Shown: positions 12,501-25,300 of the stretch, in pieces | Layout of the letters: every line of letters starts with the position of its first letter | Position numbering within the stretch: position 1 is the first letter of the stretch | NCBI GenBank assembly: GCA_051294905.1 | Contig: CM119375.1 | Span: 992,001-1,056,000, forward strand | Length of the DNA stretch: 64,000 nucleotides | From: Botryllus schlosseri | Lineage: Eukaryota | Direction: 5' to 3' | The notes under the pieces: model-generated | What the model saw: only the letters and a program-made list of their open reading frames with translations | Databases searched by the model: none | What the model was told of the DNA's origin: nothing | Position numbers and translations under genes: made by a program

Positions 12501-15500
12501 ATTTCATCAGGTGCGTTGAGGCCAAGACTTGGGAGTGCTACATAATTCTCGTCCAATTAAAATAACTAAGTTCTCATTTTAATTCGGATCTCATTTCTGG
12601 ATTTCCTGAAAATGTTACAGGATGAATGTATCTTGCGGACCGAACCAATCTTGGTGTGCAGAAATTTGCCATGATTTAATAATGAAGTTAATTCGATTTG
12701 TCCGTGATTTAATTCAATTTCCCAAGTTTTTGCAAATTCAGTCATTCAAAATCCAATCAAACTTGAAAAATTGAACTGTGCAGCTATCATTTTGAGTGTA
12801 ATTTGATTTGAAAAACACAAATGTGTAGCTATAATTCTAATTCTAATATAATGTGAAAAAATCTGCAGCTATAATCCTTATTCTAACCTAACTTGAAAAA
12901 AAACGTAGCTATCGTTCTAATTCTGATCTAATTTGAAAAACTGTGTAGCTGTAGTTCTAATTGTAATCTAACTAAAAAAAATGTGTAACCATCGTCCTAA
13001 ATCTGATTTGAAAAAACTGAAGCTGTAATTCTAATCTAATTTGAAAAAAAAATGTGTAGCTATCGTTCTAATTATAATCATTCATTCAATTTCCAAGTTT
13101 TTCAATTTCAATTATTCCAATTCTAATCTGATTTGGAAAATAACTGTAGCTATCCTTCTAATTCTGATGTTATTTGTGAAAAACTGCAGCCAAAATACTT
13201 ATTTTAACCTAATTTGAAAAAACAACAACGTGTAGCTATCATTCTAATTCTAATTTGATTTGGAAAACCTGAAAACTTTTCATTGGTACAACTCAGCTGA
13301 GGCCATTACTAAAGAGCAATGTTGACGAACTGTACTTATCAATCACGCTTGCTGAAATCTGTTATTGCTCTTGAATATGAAATTTGTTTTACGCAGGTTT
13401 CCGAAATCCTCTCCAAGACGAAAACGAGAATATCGTTAAGCGGTTGGTTTCACGGGACGCCTCTACCACGACCGCAGCGGCCTCCTAGCCCGAAATGTCC
13501 TGCCATCACATTTTTGCCTGCACAGCCCGTATGTAGATTAGCCTATTGACCTGACTACTTTGTCGAATTTTATTAGTAACGTGCTAAATTTGTAAGGCTG
13601 TAGAAAAACGATGCACATCAAATTGGACTCAATTCCAAGCTGTAGAAAATTTTACATTTATTATGAAAACATAAAAAATAAGTTTTCAGATTTTCCTGGA
13701 ATAGTATTTATGGCGGGATATTATATTATTATTAACTATTAATTTATACTAAATAGTGCCATACTAAATTAATATACTCTAATAACTTCTACTGGTTGGA
13801 ATGCAGCGAAATTTGTTATACATCAATTTTTTAGACAACGTAATTTTCATGGGTTAACCTACCAATTAACTTTTCAAAAACAAATGATTTCATACTAAAT
13901 CTAAATACAGCTCCACGTCATCCGGTTTGATTTGAGCCAAATTTGATGTGCACCGTTTTTTTTTATCCAACCCAACAATTTTATCACGCAGCCAGTAAAA
14001 TTTGAACAAAAAGTTGTTTTCGAACACTCCCAATGCCCATACTCTGCAGATATATTCTCCATCTTTACTTTGTGTCAGGATGCCGATCTTCTCTCTCAAT
14101 GGGTCAATCCGAGGTATCTGTCAATTGCGACGCAGGCTACCATTCAGGAACAGTTCGAAGCGACTTCGGAAATTCAATTGCCAGAATTTTTAATCGTGAG
14201 TGTTACAAGTATTGACTTCTTGAATTTCTCAGTGAGACCGCATTAATTGACATTTGCTACCCTCAAGCCCATAAGAATGAACCGTGATTTGTAATTTACC
14301 GGAGCTTGATTCAGTGGCTGATCTTTCGCAAACTCAGTAATTCTAATTCTAATGTAACTTTGAGAAAACTAGCTATACCATCTGTGCACTGTGCAGCCAT
14401 AATTCTAATTCTACTCTATTTTGGTGAACACTTTGTAGCTGTAATTCTAATTCTAATCTATTTTGGGAAAAAACTGTAGCTGGAGTTCTAATTCTAATCT
14501 AATTTGGGAATAAACTGTGGCTATAACTCTAATTTTAATGTAATTTTGAAATAACTGCGCAGCGATAATTCTAATTCTACTCTTATTTGGAGAAGACTGT
14601 GTAGCTATAATTCTAATTTTAATGTAGTTGTAATTCTAATTCTGCTCTAATTTGTTGAAAACTTTGTAGCTGTAATTCTAATTCTAATCGAATTTGAAAA
14701 AAAAAAACTATGTAGGTAATAACTCCAATTTAATCGAATTTGGTAAAAATTCGTGGCTGTAATTCTAATTCTAATCTAACTTTGAGAAAACTGTAGCTAT
14801 AACTCTAATTTTAATGTAATTTTGAAATAACTGTGTGTGTGTAGCGGTAATTATAATTCTAATCGAATTTGGAAAAAAAACTGTAGCTAATAATTTTAAA
14901 TTTAATCGAATTTGGTAAAAATTTGTGGCTGTAATTCTAATTCTAATATAATCTGGAAAAGTTGAAATTTTTCTTCATTGAACGACTCTGCTAATGTCCG
15001 ACACCAATATTTCTTTGAAAATGGGATTTCGTCACTCTAGTAGAAATTGTTCTTTTCAGGCCGACAGATACAAGCTTCTCACCGAGTCGATACTCCATTT
15101 GTCGAGTCACAACGAGTTTTGGGATCAGCGAGGCCCCGCCAACAAGAGAAACTATCTTTCGATGAAATTTGATCAAGATTTCGAACTGTACGATTCCGAA
15201 ACGCCCGTCTCGACGTCAAAATCGTCCGTCAAAGTTTTAGAAGTGCAATCAGGGACGGAATTGAAGAAGTTTTCGGTTTCGTCGGAAACTATGAAAGCCT
15301 ATAATCTCGTGAATGACTTCATCCGACTTTTCTGTTCCGAAGAAATGTTTCTTTACATGTCAAATGTCACAGGTGAGAGGTTATGTAGACTTGTCAATCA
15401 ACGTTTTATTCAATTACTTTCTATGAAACTATGCTGGAGTGGTTATTACCTTTTTGTTAGTGTCGAAATTTTTTTGCAACCTTTACCAGATTTCGATAAC

Positions 15501-18213
15501 TAGATAATTGTAATTGTCCAATTACACTAATTGAAGTGATATAACTTCTGTATCGTACGAAACTAGCCAAGCTTGCTGTACAGACATTTGATATTCTCAT
15601 GCTTGCGAATATGAACTATGATTTAATACGAACTGAGCTGCACTTAATGTCCAAGTTTTCGCGAATTCAATAATTCTAATTGTAGTCTAATTTGGAATGA
15701 AACTGTAGCTATAATTGTAATTTTAATCGAATTCGGAAATAACCGTGTAGTTCCAAGTCTAATCGAATTCGGAAAAAGCTGACATTTTTTTAGTTGTGGA
15801 AGTCTGCCTCTAACTGCGAAATTTGGGAAGCTGACCACTGAACAATGGTCTATTATTGTTCGTGTTGTGCATAAGGCTATTGTGTCCTGCTGATAATACA
15901 AAATAAGAACGTCTTTTAAGCAGGGTGATTGTTTTTTGACATGTCAAACTAAATCAAAATTGTAGCGTTATGTCAAAATATTTTCAAAATTGTTTACAAA
16001 GTCGTTCCCTTGAGAGGTATATTATAAATGAGAATTATAGTTTGAATACCTTTTTCCACGGTGGAAGTCTAGAATCCTCGGTTGGCCATATCGCAGCATA
16101 CAAAACACATCGTGCAAAGCTACGAACATTACTGAAAAAGATATATCTGTGAAGCCGTTATTATCCCGCAGCATTGTCTCAAATTGGAATAAAGTTCGCG
16201 CAGTTGCATAATACCAAATTATCCTTTAATGTCATGTAAAACTGGCTTTATATTCTTTGTGGTAATAACGGTGGTAGCCTACATATTTGAACTTTTCATA
16301 TCCATAATCTTACGATGTCAGGATGTGTGATGCTGGAGCTGAAGCCTAATATTCAATTCCGAAATGAGTCGGTCGGATTCCCGATTGTTCCCAGCTGTAC
16401 TGATAATGTAACTTCTGTTCTCATTTTGGGTTTCAATTGACAGATTGATTTCTAAGAGTGAATGATTGAAAATTTTTTCTCATGAGCCAGCCGCGAGCCA
16501 TGAGTGTAAACGTTACGTTTCGGAAACGATGATATTTTATTATTTTTGTATTCAGGCCTATCTTTTCATCCAATGGCTGCCAATTTTGACGAGTCGTCAG
16601 GCTGTCAGCGGGAAGACGACTCTGCAAGTTCTGCGAAACGTACGAAGCTGGATAACGAAGAGAATGTCGCCGGTCTCAATTCGAAATGCAGGTATTAGCC
16701 CATGTTTGAAGATACCCCTTTTTGTCAAATTTTACTGTCTGCTGCACATCTTGTCTGATCTGTAGAAGGGTATCAATTGTAGAATTACCCACCATAAATA
16801 CTGGTTTTTTAAATCCATAATCTTTCACTCCAATAATTCTGCTTATGCCGGTCAAAATTGAGCCAAATTTGTTATCCGTCGTTTTTTAGGCAACCCAACA
16901 ATTTTATGCCAGGGAAATTTGTAAAAAAAATGTTTTATTTTGCAAAAATTTCCAAACGCAAATAACTTCACTTCGATGGGCCGGAATCGAGCCAAATTTG
17001 TTGTGCATTGTTTGTGAATTGAGCCAAATTTATAATGAAACGTTTCTAGGAAACGTCAGAATTTAATGGGATAGGCAGTGCAATAACGTGTAAACCTATT
17101 TCCAGATATGAGATCAGATGTTGGTCGAAAGGTTCCTACACGTTGATTAGCGACGACAGCTCCGAATCTGGAGAGTTTGCGTTGGACGTCAATCTGCAAT
17201 CTGGGGCGGAAGGTCAGTCTATGAAACGCGACAGGCAGAAATCTCTATTAATAATTCAATTTGATAATTCATAAGAAAAATTTGATTGATGAAAATTATC
17301 ATAAATTTCCTTGTATTTTTCAGGCTGGGAACAAGAATTTGGGGGTTTTGCGTCGTATATTGCACAAGGGGAAGATGTCGAGGTGAGTCGTGACTTAGTC
17401 GAGTCACATTTTCAATTCATCAAATATTTGGCTCTGCTTCGGCCACAGACGTGGTTCATTTAATGGACATTTCAGTTTTCAATGATGTTTTAATCAGCGG
17501 TAACACTACGGACAAAATTCGTAAGACACAGACAAACTGCTGACCTAATGGCCTTGACTAAGATCATAAAATCATTACATGTATCCGTAATAATATTGTG
17601 CCCCGTGTATAAACAATAAAGTATTTTTTGGCAATTTTCACTACAAAACATTATTTTTTCGTTATCACACGAATAGGTGTTGGGGCCGCCTTTATAGCTT
17701 TCATACTGTATTTCAGTCAATAAACGTCAAACTGCGTACTATTTTGAATGGAGCATTCATTCTCATGTATGGCACCAATTTTGACAAGTTCTGCGTCCAT
17801 CACTCGCAAAAGAGACTTTCTGAAAATATTTGATGATGATGGGCTTGACGAATTCTAAAACGTCTCGTTTGATAATTTACACGACTTGCCAAATTCTGAA
17901 ATGATTCGAAATTGGTTATGGCTGGACAGTAGCGGTTTCCGATTTGGTCCCATCACTTAGTGCTATGAATTTTATCCCTCATGCCCAATTCTATTTTTTG
18001 TATTCATTAAATCGCTGCTGGTACATCTGTATACACCACAGCACAATTCTCAACTAAAATCTCATTTTCTCTTGCCAGCTGCTGACCGTCATACCGTCGA
18101 GCAATTGCCTTTCACTCGCCTACCGGGACAGCGAAGCTTTGAGGTTCATCAAGCACGTCAATCAGAAGTCGTCCAAGTCGTTTTTTGATTTTTCATTTGT
18201 CTACTCGGAGTGA
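9576..18213 (+). CDS. OGFOD1: Prolyl 3-hydroxylase OGFOD1/Tpa1 (2OG-Fe(II) dioxygenase), 13 exons, about 554 aa
   Basis: Exons 9576-9696, 10551-10631, 10976-11086, 11147-11290, 12243-12359, 12419-12510, 13397-13528, 14079-14195, 15060-15372, 16556-16691, 17106-17212, 17324-17382, 18079-18213; all GT-AG and in phase. Motifs [63 protein letters not shown] and [10 protein letters not shown] follow vertebrate OGFOD1; HxD...H and Arg are intact. Confidence 0.95.
11577..12029. mobile_element. CTAAT-family MITE nested in an older copy (about 11330-12150)
   Basis: TIR CAGACTTCGACAACTGGA / TCTAATGGTCCAAGTCTG; TSD GTTTCTGT / GTTTCTAT (7 of 8). Confidence 0.85.
12524..15810. repeat. Further degenerate CTAAT-family copies in OGFOD1 introns (about 12524-13290, 14330-14990, 15485-15810)
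   Basis: Same TIR remnants, core (CCAAGCTTGG...ATATGAACTG) and CTAAT arrays. Other copies at about 10680-10958, 22560-23269, 24330-25110, 26930-27110, 36890-37030, 45420-46260, 49020-49190, 59320-59507, 62370-62740. Confidence 0.8.
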
Positions 18214-19357
18214 CTCAGTATTCAATGGTTTTAGTAAATGATGATAATGTGAATGATGGTTGTGTTAAAGTAGGGTTTTTTGGGAAATAAATTGGTAAAG
18301 AGACTAAGGTACAGAACTTCAATATACATTATGCAATTATATCATACATAACACATTGAATGTAACCCGAATATTTTTGGGTCAAACTCCTCAGCAACTA
18401 CATTGCACACATTCAAGTCAAAATACAAGCAGCCTCTAATGAATAAATAGTAGTCAGCGCTCGATACCTGATGTATCGACCACCGCCTAATGCCACATCT
18501 TTCTGTTTATTATGTTACCTCTCATTGCCTTTCATCCACAGTGTGCATGCCTCTTCTCTACTCCGCCTAGTCCCAGGTGGGTGTCTCATTTCGGAGACTA
18601 TTCCAAGTCGTTTTGGCACCTCCCTATCTTTTCATAGTATCGCAGACTTGTGGTGTTTTGAATTAATGAAATTGTTAATAAAAGAATCTTCAACTTTACC
18701 TTTGCCTTACTATTGTTGATCATGTTCTATTCGAAGTGCGTTTTCAAACAGGCTGGCAGTACTTGTGTGGAGAAATTCAGTTACAGTGACACCAGACTAC
18801 AGTCAGTTGATATACGAATACATCTTTTTAGTTCTACATTTAAAACAAAGCAGTTGCTGATCTACCAGATACGTGTCGTGATTCTTGTAGACATGGCCAT
18901 TATTAGCCCAGAGTATCATTACAAGTGTTGCTGGGGGTGGAATTTTTGTGTCGAAAGCCGCATATTTCAAACTCTAGTCTAGACCTCGCCCCGCTGAAAT
19001 GCCGATCCTACCTGTAATATTTCTTACCTCATTTGTAATCCAGCTCACAAACCTTCTTAGTTGTGGATTTTTTTCGTTTGTTCATTTTAATTCTGGTTGT
19101 ATTGTTCAAAAGTGTCTTGATGGAGTTTGCAAAATTGATTAGTTTAGTTCTAACCCTAGTTACCATGCTTGAAGAGTGTCTAATTCCAGTTGCGAGTTTT
19201 GTAAAGTGCCTAGGTCTAGTTGTTTTGAAAATAGAGTAGTTTGTAAAGTATAGGTGCCACCCCTAAGAATTTCACGACGACAAAACAACTCAGGACAGCA
19301 GGGTGCCACCCACGATAAGATTTCCACGACACATATATTCAAACGACAAAACACAGA

Positions 19358-22300
19358 TCAGGACAACTCAAAACCCGACTGACTCTGCAAACAATACAGT
19401 AACTTTGCTTTCAACGTTTCCGCGTCCGTGTATTCGGGTAGCTTGAGTAGGTTGACGCAAGTAGAAGCGGAAGGTAGGCGGTCCTCATCTCCGCCACGCT
19501 GGATGCAAAAGGGAGGGTCCAACTCCTATTGAAAGAATAATACGAAATCAACCATTACCTAAACTCAACTGCATGCTCAAGTGTCGCCAGGAGTGGAGCG
19601 TTTGGTTTGCGTTTGCTGCCAAGGTGTTCCTGGACAATTATGTACTTATGCGGATATTATAGCTCTCTGGACTGCCTACTACCATGCTTTGACATCACAA
19701 AAATTACCCAACACCGATATTTCATTCAAAATATAACATCTACCCATATTATCTAGTTGTGATGTTGAAAACTTCAAGTATAAAACAAACCTTGAACCCG
19801 AGTAGTGGGGGTCGCGAACAGCTCGTCACAAACAAGAGAAATTGACTCAATTGTTCGTTGCTCAACTGCGGCAGAACTTCCCAGAACGCGACGATCGTAG
19901 GATGGTCGGCCGCGTAGCCCGCTGAAAAGGAGTGTGAGAGAGTATCTTTATTTGTCAACTGCACCAATCAATAACATACATAGCAAAAATGCAGTTGGTT
20001 GAGATGCGATATACAGAAGTGGGCCGATTTTTTTACCTAGAATACGGAAGATTTTGAACTAAAAAATCAAAATTTTGACATTTTGTGACCTTAAAAATCG
20101 TAATTTTGACGCATGCAAATTAGAGGTGTTTTACCCACATAATCTTAAAATTGTACTATTTCTCTTCATTTCTGGTTGGAGCTGTCTGTCCTTAGTAGTT
20201 TGGCCTGACAAAAACACTTTTTTGCCTCAAAAACCGACAAATTTTTACATGAAAAAAACTTCATTTTAACAAAATCTGGCCCTACGAAAAATTCCAGTAG
20301 TAGAAATATATAAAAATTTGTACTACAACGAAAGATAATTTCCTACATTCTCGTGTAGAAAGTGTCTGTCCTTGCTAAGTAGCTTGCCAAGAATGGAGAA
20401 AGAACGTTCAACAGCATCAGTTGCTGGCTGACAACACTGAAGTTGTGCGTGCACTGCTGGTGGCACACCGTGTTGCTTCATTCTGGCAATGGTGTCTGCA
20501 TCACAATTTTTCATCATGCCCTTCTTGATATAAGAACTGCCCACGCAGTCTTGCTTGAGTTAAGATATTGCGGTACGTTGAGCATAACACCATGTCAACC
20601 TATTCGTTTATTTGTATATTTATAATTCACAATGAGCAGACAATGGGCCGTCTACTAACGATAGGTCTATGAAGTAGGCTACATTCTGTAAAATGTCAAA
20701 TGGTAAGTTCACAGACAGTGCAAAATCTACGAAACAAACGAAATGCAGGTTGCGAAAAAGTTTGAACTTTGTGAAAATTTTTGATATTTTTTGACCTAAC
20801 GCTACCATTTTGACCTAATTTTAACTTTTTTTTGACATGTCAAAAAAAAAATCGCCCTTCAGATGTGCAAGGTATGGACAGGAGGCTCGGTATAGCAGAG
20901 TCGTCAAAGATGAGCAACACAGGCCAGGAGAATTCAAACTTTACATCAAACCAACAAATACACAAATGTAGTAAAAATACGCAGCATGATGGAAAATAAT
21001 CAGAAATTAATGAATAAAATAACGTCTATGGCAGACTTGCGCAAACTACCGGAACTAAAACTACTCCCTGTTCAAAACCCGCAAAGAAAACTAGAACCAA
21101 CTACTTTTAAAATGCGTAACTAAAACACAAACAACTAGATTCAATTTTGCAGTAAGTCGTTCATTGTTAGTTTATCAGCATTTCGAATGGGAGTAGTTTC
21201 AACGAGCTAGCAATGGCCGGAAGAACATCACACAACAGAACACTGGTATCATAATTCACGCCAAACGAAAACCCGCATTTTCTACATGTTTGGCAACTAA
21301 ATTTTTGTATGAAATGGACAATTAGAACTAGAACTCTACTCACTTTTTAAAATCCGCAACTAGAGCTACAACTACAACCACTCAAAAATCAAGAAGTTAG
21401 CTTGGCCCTAAGATCGTCAACTAGCTAGATTGTAAAAGTCTGGTCTATGGTCATTCGGCCAATGCAAATACAATTGAGCGGTAGTTTGAGAGCGGAGGGT
21501 AAAATATGATGAGTCTTACCAGAATACATCGTGTTTGACTTCAAGTCTGCCATGTCGATGGGAACTTCCGCTCCCGCTATCAAAGTCTGGATTTCTTCGT
21601 GGTCGAACATTTGCAACCAGTCTACGTTAACCACATCTTCTAGGCCCTGTCGGAAATGATAGCACGGCGACCTCATCTGTACGTTAAGCTTGTAGTTCGC
21701 CATCAAATGCATGTACCTGTAAAGGGTGTGAATATGATTTCATTCAGGAAGGGAAAACTTCCCAGAGGTCGGACAACTAGAAAGTTTTCAACTTATCTAA
21801 ATTAGATCAGAATCACAGTGACTGAATCTACAGAAACTTGCTAGTTCAAGTAAATCCAAAGTTAAGGAGAAATGCAACAAAAATAGAGTTCATATCATGT
21901 AAGAATTCACTATGACAAATAGAGCAAATTTTGACACGTCAAAAAAAGTCAAAATTGTAGAGTCAGGTTAAAAAAATCAAAATTGTTTCCGAAGTCAAAA
22001 TTTTTCTGCAACCTCCATTTCGTTTGTATCGCAGATTTTGCACTGTCGGTGTCATTTGACATTTTACGGCAACATATTTCAATTATTCCTACCATAATAC
22101 GTGATGTAACTACTGGAATTCTTCATAGGGCCAGATTTTGTTTGAATTGAGTTTTTTCATGCAAAATTTGTCAGCATTTGAGTCAAAAAAGTTTTTTCAG
22201 GCTAAACTACTCCGACAGGGCAGACAGTTGCAACCAGAAATGAAGATAAGTAGTACAACTCTAACATTAGGTGAGAAAACACCTAATTTGCATACGTTAG

Positions 22301-25300
22301 GTGAAAATTTGGTCGAAATTTTAATTTTTTAGGTCAAAATCTTTCTTTTTTTACGTAAAAAAAAATTGCTCCAATCATAAGCATGAGAATCGCAAATATC
22401 TGTACAACAAGCTTGACTCGTTCGGCATGATACAATCCTTCTGTAGCAGTTAGATTGGAACAACAATGATACTTACACGGATATTTTTCAAATTCAATTA
22501 GAAACAGAATCAATGAATACACAACAACTTGCAAATTGAACGAAATCACAAATTGTTAAAAAATACCACAAAATTCAAGTTCACTTCATATCAAATCAGA
22601 GTTGATTCTGACAAGAATGAGAATTACAAACGTCTGTGGACCAAGCTTGGCTCGTTTCGCACGATACGCTTCTACCAGGGTTGTGATGACTCGACTCGAG
22701 TCCGACTCGAGTCACGATTTCCTGATGACTCGAGTCATTTTCTAATAATACGGAAATGACTCGACTCGAGTCCATCTGTGTATTGGCTCGACTTGGACTC
22801 GAGTCATCTCACATGACTCGAACCAAGTCATATGACTCGAGACTCAGACGGCCAAGATCAACATTTCATTGTAATTTCGAAGAATAGTAAAGTAACCACA
22901 CTATTGGGATTTCGTCTATTGGTACTGGTACTAGAAAATGCGACCAGAAACAGCTAAAAGTGAGGGAAATTAGATATTTTAAATGCGAACCATTCGATAT
23001 CACCAAACAGAGTTAGAAAAAGTGGTTTTAACAAGGCTTTAACTGGAAACTGAGCAGTCAACACGATCACTTGGACTCGACTCGAGTCATAATACCATGA
23101 CTCGGACTTGACCCTCTGCTCAATGACTTGGATTTGAGTGAAAATTTCATGAAAACAAAAAATGAGATTAGACTGAAAATGAGAAACATCTCACAAGTTA
23201 GATTTAAATGACTGACATTCTGCTACAATTAGTTTAATTATACAGTTAGAATTATCTAGCTTAAGTCTGCAAACAGCCGTCCTACATGTCTTTATTCCTG
23301 TTGGTGACCGAAATGTTCTTTCCGTTCTGGACCAGTTCCGTCACCCTGGTCACACCCAGCGCCTCGTCAACCACGGTGAAATTGAGGCCCAAATCCGAGA
23401 CATCGCCCTCGTAATCATGAAGGTACATCAGGTTCCTGGAAATGAGGACATTTAACAAGAGTAGGGGGGTCAAGAGCGTCAAACTAGTCAGTGTAGGGAC
23501 AAGGTAATTTTCTACTCGAGAGTAAAAGTTGCGAACTCCAAGATATGTCAAAACTATGTCAAGTAGAAGTAGAAAATGTGAAAAGTACCCGAGTGGTTGG
23601 GTTCAAAAAGTATGTTCGCATACTTTTCGAAGTTACTCACCAGTAGGGCAAGTTTTTGCAACTTTTTTTTACAGCTTTCGTGAGCTTCCTAAATACTCAG
23701 CAGTTATGCAGTATGGTGCTGTAAGCTGTTTGGAGGAACCCCAAAAACTTTCCCTACTGTTACTGTTACTGTGATGACAAATTCCACGCTCAATATTCTG
23801 TTACACAACGAAGAATATACTGACATCGAAATAATCCCATATATTTTCCACCTTTCATAATCTAAAGTGTGAAAAGTCAGTAGTTTTTTCTAAAGATTGT
23901 CGAGTAGATCTGGAATCTCAGTTTAACATCATAACCAGCCAAGTATGCACCGCACAAAGTCACAAGCTACTCGAGTATTTAAGAAAAGCACAAGTATTTC
24001 TGGCGATCGCAGGCTTGACCCTCACTTGTAAAAGTCCGGATCGAGAGACTGTAAATGGTTGATGTCGACATCTGCGGACTTTCTCTGCAAAATCTTGCAA
24101 AGGAAGAACGAAGCGAACGGCAGTTCCACTTGCATACCCTCATCTATTATCTGAAAAGAATGCTCGCATTGAACAGACGATTTTGTCACCAGCAAACCAA
24201 AGACGAGCACGGATTTCGATTTGTATTTGAAAAAATTGAAGGATTTGATGATTTTGGTTGGATTATGGATTCACAATCATTTTGAAGTTGAAATTGGATT
24301 TAGTTACAAAATTCCTGATACTTTTCAATTTTGATGGGAATTTCGTGCAAATTTTGGCAATTATCAGATTTAGACATGGATTAAGACACAAGACAAAATT
24401 AAATTCTAGATGCGGGTATTAATTCTAATGTAATTTCTGGTTTTCCTGAAGTTTTCTTGCAGGACAAATGTATCGTTCGAAACGAGCCAAGCTTGGCGTA
24501 CAGACATTTGCCGTTCTTTAAATCTAATAATTTAAATGTAATTTTATAGCTGAAAATTCTTTAGTTTTTAAACTCTGATATGTTCATCACATTCCGCCAA
24601 ATTGGATTTTCCCATATTTACATTAATTTGCACGGTTGACAAATGCAGATTCCCAATCTCTCGCATGAGATTTCGTCAAAATCAAAGTCTCACCTTTCCC
24701 AACATCCTCCCCAGAAAGAAAAAATGCCGGTCCGCGTCCTGCATGACCAGCGCCGCATGGGGATTCGGATAAAGCCTCCCTTGCGCCGTAGACTTGAAAA
24801 TGCCCCTCGTGGGGTTGAACCCGGCCTTGATTACTTGCTGCATAAACTCCCGCGTCACCCCGGCCCCGTAGCCGACCTCGTCGAGACCCATGGCGTTCAC
24901 AAACTGGACGCGAAGACGCTTTCGTAGGTTGGGAGCTGAGATGAGAAAAGTTAGACTTAGAATTACAGTAAGGTAGACAGATTTTCCGAATTATATTGGA
25001 AACAAAATGATAGCTATACAGGTTTTTGTTTCAGAATTAGATTAGAATTAGAGCTATAGCTACAGTTATTTTTTCCAAACTAGATTACAATTGGAGTCAT
25101 AGTACGCTACCAATTGTTTTACAAATTTGATTGGAAATAAAATGATATCCAAAGCTGCAATACATTGTAGAAAAAAAATGCAAAATACCGTTTTCCTGAG
25201 ACAAGTCGTTGAAAGCGTCTTCATAGAGAAATTCTCGTCGAACTTTGACCTCGTTGGTCATGGTCGAAGAAGCAAGCCCCGCCTCCACTATGGCTCGTTG

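Noticed and set aside
563-15810. CRISPR-like appearance of repeated CTAATTCTAATCTAATTTG units
   Set aside because: Units are degenerate, spacers are not unique and regular, there are no cas genes, the context is eukaryotic, and the arrays are bounded by hAT TIRs.
19250-19370. Short duplication around the UBE3C stop codon
   Set aside because: About 50 bp of degenerate local duplication in the 3' UTR with no splice acceptor or alternative C-terminus evident.
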